Made by a program: the position numbers and the translations under genes. This document shows positions 18,191 to 25,303 of a DNA stretch of 32,000 nucleotides, one piece after another; the first letter of the stretch is position 1; each line of letters opens with the position of its first letter. The stretch is taken from the NCBI RefSeq assembly GCF_002310835.1, contig NZ_CP011042.1, positions 660,001-692,000 on the forward strand, written 5' to 3'. Below the pieces are notes generated by a model. That model was not told the origin of the DNA, made no database searches, and saw nothing but the letters and a program-made list of their open reading frames with translations. The DNA comes from Pseudoalteromonas tetraodonis (GTDB lineage: Bacteria; Pseudomonadota; Gammaproteobacteria; Enterobacterales; Alteromonadaceae).

Positions 18191-18943
18191 ATGAAAGGCG
18201 TTAAACCATTAATTTTAGCTGGTATTGTAGCCGCAAGTGCAGCAGTCCACGCCAATGATTTAAACACGGTAATTGAGAAAAGCAGCGAAATTAATAATTT
18301 AGCTGCGCAATCACAAACAAAAATAGACAAGATTGCAGATTCAATGCAAGGGCGTTTACAGCAATTTAAAACCCTAAATAAAGAAATAGATGGCCTAGCC
18401 GTTTATAACGCACAGCTTACCAAACAGTTAAATAATCAAATAGAAGAGATGGAGTCGATTAATTTATCGATGGATCAAGTATCGATAATTGAACGCCAAA
18501 TAACCCCTTTAATGCTTCGTATGATCACCGGGCTTGAACAGTTTGTTGCCTTAGATGTGCCGTTTTTAAAGCAAGAGCGTAAGCAGCGCCTTGAATCATT
18601 AAATGCAATGATGGCGCGTGCTGATATTTCATCAAGTGAAAAATTTCGTCGTGTTTTAGAAGCTTACCAAGTTGAGGTTGACTACGGACGCACTATTGAG
18701 GCGTATACCGCATTGCTTGATGTGGATAATAAAGAACGCGAAGTCGACTTTCTACGCATTGGTCGTTTAGAGCTAATTTACCTCACCCGCGATGGTAAAC
18801 AAGCAGGTAGTTGGGATCAGCAGTCACAGTCGTTTGTTGCGCTACCAGATTCAACCATAAGCCAAATTAATAAAGGGCTTCGCATTGCTCGCAAACAACT
18901 TGCCCCCGATATGTTAACACTGCCAATTCACGCTGCAGAATAA
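18191..18943 (+). CDS. DUF3450-family periplasmic coiled-coil protein (TtpB-like, TonB2 cluster)
   Basis: Signal peptide MKGVKPLILAGIVAASAAVHA followed by coiled-coil-rich sequence. It is the first gene of the DUF3450 / long ExbB / ExbB / ExbD / TonB / TPR order known from Vibrio TonB2 clusters. The ORF-track start at 18182 is GTG, so ATG at 18191 is preferred. Confidence 0.8.
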   Translation: MKGVKPLILAGIVAASAAVHANDLNTVIEKSSEINNLAAQSQTKIDKIADSMQGRLQQFKTLNKEIDGLAVYNAQLTKQLNNQIEEMESINLSMDQVSIIERQITPLMLRMITGLEQFVALDVPFLKQERKQRLESLNAMMARADISSSEKFRRVLEAYQVEVDYGRTIEAYTALLDVDNKEREVDFLRIGRLELIYLTRDGKQAGSWDQQSQSFVALPDSTISQINKGLRIARKQLAPDMLTLPIHAAE

Positions 18944-18953
18944 GAGGTTTACC

Positions 18954-20321
18954 ATGAAATTATTAACGAAAATGACAAAAATGGCCGTGTTTGCAGCCAG
19001 CTTAAGCTTTGTGGGCACCAGCATTGCCGCTGAGCCGATGAATTTAGATGCTTTATTAAAAACCTTAGAGCAGGGTAAATTAGCGCAATCAGAGCAAAAT
19101 AAACAACGTGAACAAGAATTTGCAGCACGTCAAAATGAACAAGTGCAAATGCTTAAAAACACCCAAGCTAAACGTAACCAAATGCTTAGCGAGTCAGAGC
19201 GTTTAGAGACGCAATTTGAAGAAAACGAAATTAAATTGGCTAATCTAACTGATACCTTATCAAAGCGTATGGGTTCATTAAAAGAGCTATTTGGTGTGCT
19301 ACAACAAGTCGCTGGCGATTCAAGTAACAAGTTTGCTACCTCTGTGGTATCGGCACAGTTACCTGGGCGTAGTACTTTTATGGACGAATTGGCGCAAAAA
19401 ATGGGTTCAACTTCAAAGCTTGCGTCTATTGAAGATATAGAAAAGGTTTGGTTTGAGCTACAACGCGAAATGACCGAACAAGGAAAAGTAAGCCGCTTCA
19501 ATACTGATGTAATTGTTGAAGGGGGCAATAAAGTACAAAAAGAAGTGGTACGTGTGGGTGCATTTAACCTTATTAGTGACGGTCAGTACTTAGAGTATAC
19601 ACCGGCCACCAATACCATTAGCCAGCTTACTCGCCAACCAAGTAGCCGCTTTACTGCGACTGCGGCTGATTTGCAGCAAGCAAACACGGGTGTTGTACCG
19701 TTTGCGCTTGACCCAACAGGCGGCTCAATTTTAGGTTTGTTAGTACAAGCCCCTGATACCAGCGAGCAAGTTCATCAAGGTGGTGCGGTCGGTTACGTTA
19801 TTTTAGGCGTTGGTTTATTAGCGTTATTAATTGCGCTAGAGCGTTTTGTATCGCTCATGCTGATGGGTGGAAAAATCCGTCGTCAATTAAAAGACGATAC
19901 AGCCCGTGATGACAACCCGTTAGGGCGCGTCATGAAAGTGAAAGATCAATACCCAAATGTGGCCTACGACACGCTTGAACTTAAGTTAAGCGAAGCCATT
20001 TTACGCGAAATGCCAAAAATCACCCGTAATTTAACGCTTATTAAAATTATCTCTGTGGTAGCGCCATTACTTGGCTTGCTCGGTACGGTAACCGGGATGA
20101 TTAATACCTTCCAAGCAATTACTTTATTTGGTACTGGCGACCCTAAACTAATGGCGGGCGGTATTTCGCAAGCCCTAGTTACTACGGTATTAGGTCTTGT
20201 GGTTGCCATTCCAACGGTGTTTTTATACACCTTATTGAATACTCGCTCAAAAGGCTTACTGCTTATTTTACAAGAACAAAGTGCAGGTATTATTGCCGAG
20301 CGAAGCGAGAAAGGAGCCTAA
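18954..20321 (+). CDS. ttpC: Long MotA/TolQ/ExbB-family proton-channel protein (TtpC-like)
   Basis: 455 aa with a signal peptide and an N-terminal coiled-coil periplasmic region of about 270 aa. The C-terminus has three TM helices with the ExbB signature APLLGLLGTVTGMINTF..GGISQALVTTVLGLVVAIP. RBS AAGAGG is present. Confidence 0.8.
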   Translation: MKLLTKMTKMAVFAASLSFVGTSIAAEPMNLDALLKTLEQGKLAQSEQNKQREQEFAARQNEQVQMLKNTQAKRNQMLSESERLETQFEENEIKLANLTDTLSKRMGSLKELFGVLQQVAGDSSNKFATSVVSAQLPGRSTFMDELAQKMGSTSKLASIEDIEKVWFELQREMTEQGKVSRFNTDVIVEGGNKVQKEVVRVGAFNLISDGQYLEYTPATNTISQLTRQPSSRFTATAADLQQANTGVVPFALDPTGGSILGLLVQAPDTSEQVHQGGAVGYVILGVGLLALLIALERFVSLMLMGGKIRRQLKDDTARDDNPLGRVMKVKDQYPNVAYDTLELKLSEAILREMPKITRNLTLIKIISVVAPLLGLLGTVTGMINTFQAITLFGTGDPKLMAGGISQALVTTVLGLVVAIPTVFLYTLLNTRSKGLLLILQEQSAGIIAERSEKGA

Positions 20322-20324
20322 ACC

Positions 20325-20852
20325 ATGGTGCTATTGATTGATTCAATCAATGCTATCCGTGATTTTCTCGACACGGGTGGCCAAGTGCTCTTGGTCATTG
20401 CCGTGTTAATTTTCGCGATGTGGTTATTGATACTCGAGCGATTTATGTACTTTTTTAATGGCTATCGGCACTACAAAAAAGACGTTAAAAATACGTGGAA
20501 AACGCGAAGTGAACGCAACAGCTGGAATGCAGAGCAAATACGCCAAGCCATGGTGTCACGCGCCAGCATGCGTTTAAACGCAAATTTACCGCTGATTAAT
20601 GTAATGGTGGCGCTGTGTCCACTATTAGGATTGCTTGGCACAGTTACAGGGATGATAGAAGTCTTTGATGTAATGGCCATTACAGGTACAGGCAGTGCAC
20701 GCTCTATGGCATCAGGTGTGTCAAAAGCAACCATACCAACAATGGCAGGAATGGTCGGTGCGTTATCTGGGGTGTTTGCCTCAACCTATTTACAACGAAA
20801 AGCAAAGCGTGAAGTTGAATTGTTGCAAGACACTATGGTGTTAGACCACTAA
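20325..20852 (+). CDS. exbB: ExbB (MotA/TolQ/ExbB proton channel)
   Basis: 175 aa with the signature CPLLGLLGTVTGMIEVF..GVSKATIPTMAGMVGAL. AGGAG lies 8 nt upstream of the ATG, and the gene begins 3 nt after the preceding gene. Confidence 0.88.
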   Translation: MVLLIDSINAIRDFLDTGGQVLLVIAVLIFAMWLLILERFMYFFNGYRHYKKDVKNTWKTRSERNSWNAEQIRQAMVSRASMRLNANLPLINVMVALCPLLGLLGTVTGMIEVFDVMAITGTGSARSMASGVSKATIPTMAGMVGALSGVFASTYLQRKAKREVELLQDTMVLDH

Positions 20853-20905
20853 ATAATTATTGAAAAGCGGTGAACATAATTACCGCTTATTCTAGGAGAA
20901 ATAAC

Positions 20906-21316
20906 ATGAGAGCCCCATTAGGTAATTTATTCCAAGAAGACGAAGCAGAAGAAATAAACATGACCCCTATGCTGGATGTTGTATTTATTATGCTTATTTT
21001 CTTTATCGTGACAGCCTCGTTTGTTAAAGAAGCGGGTATTGATGTAAACCGTCCAGAAGCGGCAACCGCAGTAAAAAAAGAGCGGGCTAACATATTAGTG
21101 GCCATTTCAGATCAAGGCGAAATTTGGATCAATAAACGTCAAATTGATGTACGCGCTGTACAAGCCAACATTGAGCGCTTAAAAGCTGAAAATCCACAAG
21201 GCAGTGTAGTTATTCAGGCTGATAAAAAAGCCACCACAGAAACCTTGATAAAAGTCATGGATGCCTCGCGTGCAGCGGGTGTATTTGATGTTTCAATAGC
21301 GGCTCAAGAAGGGTAA
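20906..21316 (+). CDS. exbD: ExbD/TolR biopolymer transport protein
   Basis: INMTPMLDVVFIMLIFFIV is the conserved Asp-containing TM helix, followed by the periplasmic domain. ATG at 20906 is preceded by AGGAGA (20894-20899). The ORF-track start at 20870 is GTG with no RBS. Confidence 0.88.
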   Translation: MRAPLGNLFQEDEAEEINMTPMLDVVFIMLIFFIVTASFVKEAGIDVNRPEAATAVKKERANILVAISDQGEIWINKRQIDVRAVQANIERLKAENPQGSVVIQADKKATTETLIKVMDASRAAGVFDVSIAAQEG

Positions 21317-21322
21317 CGAGTG

Positions 21323-21928
21323 ATGCGTTATGTACTTGCGTTAATTATAGCGGGTGTGGTGACCTTTATGCTGTTTTTAGGTATGCAGGCATTGATCACC
21401 GGTGGTGAAGGCGCCATGACGGAGCCTGCTAAAGGGAATGTGTTAGATTTTGTACGTTTGAAAAAAGAAGAAACGGTACAAAAAAAGGAGCGTAAACCAC
21501 AAAAGCCGCCAACGCCTAAAGAGCCACCACCGCCAATGGAATCGCCACAAATGCAAAGTAGCGATAACAACGCAGCCAGCAACAACTTTGATTTTGCTGT
21601 CAATGTCGATGCGGATGTAAATCTAGCGGGTGGATTAGCGTTAGAAACCAGTGATGGTGAGTATTTACCCATAGTAAAAGTAGCACCGGTCTACCCAAGG
21701 CGTGCGTTATCGCGTGGTATTGAAGGGTATGTCATTGTTGAATTTACAGTGACAAAGCAAGGCACGGTTAAAGAGCCGCAAGTTATTAAAGCCGAGCCAG
21801 AGTCATTATTTGACAGAGCAGCGATGGATGCGGCCCTTAAATTTAAATATAAACCGCGCGTGGTTAATGGTGAAGCCGTTGAAGTAGCCGGTGTGCAAAA
21901 TAAAATTTCTTTCCAAATTAATGGTTAA
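21323..21928 (+). CDS. tonB: Energy transducer TonB
   Basis: N-terminal TM anchor, a Pro/Lys-rich spacer (KPQKPPTPKEPPPPMESPQ) and the C-terminal TonB domain PVYPRRALSRGIEGYVIVEFTV..G.V..P.V. GTG at 21320 is an alternative start. Confidence 0.87.
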   Translation: MRYVLALIIAGVVTFMLFLGMQALITGGEGAMTEPAKGNVLDFVRLKKEETVQKKERKPQKPPTPKEPPPPMESPQMQSSDNNAASNNFDFAVNVDADVNLAGGLALETSDGEYLPIVKVAPVYPRRALSRGIEGYVIVEFTVTKQGTVKEPQVIKAEPESLFDRAAMDAALKFKYKPRVVNGEAVEVAGVQNKISFQING

Positions 21929-21965
21929 TTCTGTTAAGTAAGCAAAGAGTGAACGTGAGGCAATT

Positions 21966-23294
21966 ATGAAATTAAAACTAACAACCAAGCTATTAAAGCT
22001 GAGTATGCTGTGCACTGTTGCAATCAGTGCCAGTATTGTTACACCAAGTGCATTAAGTGTACTTCCGGGTGTAAATTTGGCGACAGTACAGGCCGCTGAA
22101 CAGCAAAAAACAACACGAGTACCCGCACTGCGTGAAAAAGTATACAGCCAATTGGCTCGCGCCCAAAAACTAGCGGATGATGGCGACAGTAAAGCGGGCT
22201 TGGCTGCGCTTGACAGCATACAAGCGCGCTCATCAAGTATGAACTCTTATGAAATTGCGATGATGCATAACTTTTATGGGTTTATTTATTACAATGAGAA
22301 CGACCTTGTAAAAGCGATTGCTTCATTTGAAAAAGTGATTGCCGAAGACGGTATTCCAGAAACACTACGCCTGAGCACAACATTCAGCCTTGCGCAGCTT
22401 GCTATGGCTAACAGTGACTATAAAAAGGTGATTGCATTTTTAGACAAATGGGACGCCATAAACACTAAGCCTAAAACCGACGCCTATTATTTATTAAGGG
22501 CGCAAACCTACTATCAATTAAAAGACTATGAGCAAGGCCTAAGTTACATTACCCAAGCCATTAACTTAAGTGATAGCGAAGGCAAAGTACCCAAAGAAAA
22601 CTGGCTGGTACTGCAACGCGCTATGTATTACTCACTTAACCAAACCGATAAAGTAGTGAGCGTACTTGAGCGTATGGTAAAGCTTTACAATAAACCTGAG
22701 TATTGGGTGCAATTAGCCGGTATGTATGGTGAAACTGGGCAAGAAAAACAGCAGCTTAGTGTTTTAGAGGCTGCTTACCAGCAAGGATTTTTAACCTCTA
22801 AATCTGACTTAAGGCAGCTTGCGCAGGTATATTTATATAATCAGCTTGCTTATAAAGCAGCCAGTGTAATGAGTAAAGCAATAGAGCAGGGGATTGCTGA
22901 ACCAACTGCTAAAAATTATGCCTTTGTAGCCGAGGCCATGGTACAAGCTAAAGAAGATGCTAAGTCGATTAGTTACTTTACCAAAGCTGCAGAGCGTTCA
23001 GAGCATGGTAAATACGATCAGCGCTTAGCTGAAGTGTATGTAAACACCGAGCAGTATGACGAAGCTGCCGATGCAGCGCGAATGGCACTGGATAAAGGCG
23101 GCCTTGATTTTGAATCAAATGCGTTTGTTGCTTTAGGGATGGCGCAATACAATTTACAAAATTTTGATGCGTCTATCCTTGCGTTTGAACAAGCCGAAAA
23201 GCACAAAAAGTCGCAACGTTTAGCCCAGCAATGGATCAAATATGTAAAACGCGAAAAAGTGCATGCGCAAACATTAAAAACAGCACTGCTTTAA
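21966..23294 (+). CDS. Exported TPR-repeat protein (TtpD-like, last gene of the TonB2-type cluster)
   Basis: 442 aa with a signal peptide and repeated A..Y/..LG/..A helical-pair patterns typical of TPR. Its position after tonB matches Vibrio TonB2 clusters. RBS GTGAGG is present. Confidence 0.75.
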   Translation: MKLKLTTKLLKLSMLCTVAISASIVTPSALSVLPGVNLATVQAAEQQKTTRVPALREKVYSQLARAQKLADDGDSKAGLAALDSIQARSSSMNSYEIAMMHNFYGFIYYNENDLVKAIASFEKVIAEDGIPETLRLSTTFSLAQLAMANSDYKKVIAFLDKWDAINTKPKTDAYYLLRAQTYYQLKDYEQGLSYITQAINLSDSEGKVPKENWLVLQRAMYYSLNQTDKVVSVLERMVKLYNKPEYWVQLAGMYGETGQEKQQLSVLEAAYQQGFLTSKSDLRQLAQVYLYNQLAYKAASVMSKAIEQGIAEPTAKNYAFVAEAMVQAKEDAKSISYFTKAAERSEHGKYDQRLAEVYVNTEQYDEAADAARMALDKGGLDFESNAFVALGMAQYNLQNFDASILAFEQAEKHKKSQRLAQQWIKYVKREKVHAQTLKTALL

Positions 23295-23360
23295 TTTTTA
23301 TAGTGCGATTATTAGTTCTTAATTGACGCACTAAAAACCATTTCATAATTGCACTACTCA

Positions 23361-23395
23361 AACCACACTAACATTCGGTTAGTGTGGTTTTTTTG
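23361..23395 (+). terminator. Strong rho-independent terminator ending the TonB2-type operon
   Basis: AACCACACTAAC-attcg-GTTAGTGTGGTT is a 12-bp perfect stem followed by TTTTT. Confidence 0.85.
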
Positions 23396-23438
23396 CTTGC
23401 ATTTTTAAAATAACTGATTGATTTTTAATTAATTAACA

Positions 23439-23478
23439 TTGTCATTTTATGTTTATTAAAGTGTAACTTCATTGTCAT
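23439..23478 (+). promoter_or_regulatory. Paired TTGTCAT motif upstream of the lipoprotein/receptor genes
   Basis: TTGTCAT occurs at 23439-23445 and 23472-23478, with starts 33 bp apart. Its flanks align with the 18030/18063 pair: TnATTAnCnTTGTCAT ... GnAAC-N4-TTGTCAT. Confidence 0.35.
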
Positions 23479-23608
23479 ATCACTCCCGTATTGTACTTCG
23501 TATTCGATAACTCAAGTGACCTTAATGCATGAGTATCGTGCCTTAAAGTGACTTAAGTTATTACTTAATGCGCTAACACAATAATTAAATACTTTTACGG
23601 AGTGAACA

Positions 23609-25210
23609 ATGAAATTATCTGGCTTATTCAAAATCAGCTTAGTGGCTACAGCAATGACACTTGCTGGTTGTGGTGGTGATATAGAAATTACACCAACCGT
23701 TAATGATAACAGCACCAGTACAGACAACAGTGTTAATAATTCTAATAACAACACCGGTTCAACAACTGATGATGAGGCTGTATGTGCAAGCTATGAATCA
23801 GATGCAGGCACGGTAACAGGTGTGGTCAGTGGTATAGATTGCTTATACAACGATTCATTTTCAAGTAAAACTATTTCAATTACTAACAACATTACATTTA
23901 AAGAGTTACCTGGCGGTGGTGTACATGTATTTGCTGATGCCCTGCAAATTGGTGAAGATGGCAACACAGTTGATGGCTTTTCTATTCCAACTAATGGCCC
24001 AACTATGACTGTAGAGCCTGGCGCAACGCTTGCGTTTCAATCAGGTGAAGCGATTTTACGTATTGCACGTGGTGCAAAAATTCAAGCCGTGGGTACAGCA
24101 GAAAAGCCAGTAGTATTTACCTCAGCTAATGCCTTTGACCGTTTTGATACAGCTGGTGAAGGTGCACGTTATGCTGACTGGGGTGGCATTATCATTAATG
24201 GTCAAGGTATTACTGACCAATGTACAGATGCAGAGCGTGATGGCGGTACATGTAACGTAGCCTCTGAAGGTATAACAAGCTACTTTGGTGGTAACGATAA
24301 TAGCGATTCAAGCGGTAATATTAAATGGGCTAAAGTATGGTATGCAGGCTCTGGCCCTCGCGTAGGTGGTGAAGGCGATGATTTAAATTCATTAACACTT
24401 AATGCTGTTGGTTCAGGCTCTGAGTTTGATTACATTCATATTCACCAAGGCTTTGATGACGGTATTGAAATCTTTGGTGGTGCAACCACGCTTAAGCATA
24501 TTGCAGTAACAGATACTCAAGATGATTCGTTTGACTTTGATGCCGGTTGGCAAGGTAAGGCGCAGTACTTATTTGTTCAACACGGTACGGTAACGCTTAA
24601 CGATGGTTCTGTGGTTAATATGGGTAATAATGGTTTTGAGTCTGACGGCGTTAAAGGTTCATCTTCTGCTCAAGTGTCACCTTCAAACCCGATGGTTGCT
24701 AATGTGACTGTGATTACTACTGATGGCAATTCAGTTCGTGATGATGACCCTTCACAAGCCTACAAGTTTGATGATCAATTTAATTCAAGCATTTATAACG
24801 CGTTAATTGTTAAGAAAAACGCAGTTAATACACAATGTATCGAATTCTCGGGTGATGGTGAAAAGCAAGCCGATAACATTTCTTTTACTAGCTCAGTAAT
24901 GGCATGTTCAAATAATTTCGCTAATACAGATACCTTTGCTGGTGGTCCGCTTGCAGGACAAACTAAAACAGCATGGTTTGAAAATGGCGGTGCGAGTGAA
25001 ATTTTAACAGATGATGTCTCTGTACTTGCTGCTAATGGTTTTGCTACTAATACGGCTTCTACAGATGTGAGCGTTACAGCCACTGATTTAAGTACAACAG
25101 ATTCGTTCTTTGAATCGGTAAATTACATCGGTGCCGTATCGGACCAGGATACAACGTCAAATTGGTATAAATGGGTTGAAGCAGCAGTAGCCGCGGCTAA
25201 CGCAGACTAA
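23609..25210 (+). CDS. Uncharacterised surface/periplasmic lipoprotein with beta-helix-like repeats
   Basis: Signal peptide plus lipobox (TLAGC), then an N/S/T-rich linker of about 35 aa. Later segments are typical of right-handed beta-helix proteins: EPGATLAFQSGEAILRIARGAKIQAVGTAEKPVVFTS, WGGIIINGQG, DDGIEIFGG and DDSFDFDAGWQG. RBS ACGGAG is present. I do not recognise a characterised family. Confidence 0.75.
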   Translation: MKLSGLFKISLVATAMTLAGCGGDIEITPTVNDNSTSTDNSVNNSNNNTGSTTDDEAVCASYESDAGTVTGVVSGIDCLYNDSFSSKTISITNNITFKELPGGGVHVFADALQIGEDGNTVDGFSIPTNGPTMTVEPGATLAFQSGEAILRIARGAKIQAVGTAEKPVVFTSANAFDRFDTAGEGARYADWGGIIINGQGITDQCTDAERDGGTCNVASEGITSYFGGNDNSDSSGNIKWAKVWYAGSGPRVGGEGDDLNSLTLNAVGSGSEFDYIHIHQGFDDGIEIFGGATTLKHIAVTDTQDDSFDFDAGWQGKAQYLFVQHGTVTLNDGSVVNMGNNGFESDGVKGSSSAQVSPSNPMVANVTVITTDGNSVRDDDPSQAYKFDDQFNSSIYNALIVKKNAVNTQCIEFSGDGEKQADNISFTSSVMACSNNFANTDTFAGGPLAGQTKTAWFENGGASEILTDDVSVLAANGFATNTASTDVSVTATDLSTTDSFFESVNYIGAVSDQDTTSNWYKWVEAAVAAANAD

Positions 25211-25303
25211 TTTAGCACTATTTATAAACTTCTGAAGGCGCCTTGGAGCTTGCATAATAAGCGTTTGGCGCCTCTTTTGTATAATCTGATCAGGATGTAT
25301 CTT

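Noticed and set aside
18954-20321. The long MotA-like protein with a coiled-coil extension could be read as a Zorya-type (ZorA-like) defence component.
   Set aside because: The extension is N-terminal and periplasmic (it has a signal peptide). The gene is followed by ExbB, ExbD and TonB rather than a MotB/OmpA-like partner and nucleases. The order matches the Vibrio TonB2 cluster.
23512-23754. An 80-aa minus-strand ORF with a hydrophobic N-terminus overlapping the lipoprotein start.
   Set aside because: It is the antisense reading of the lipoprotein signal peptide and N/S/T linker. The Leu-rich product is a mirror artefact.
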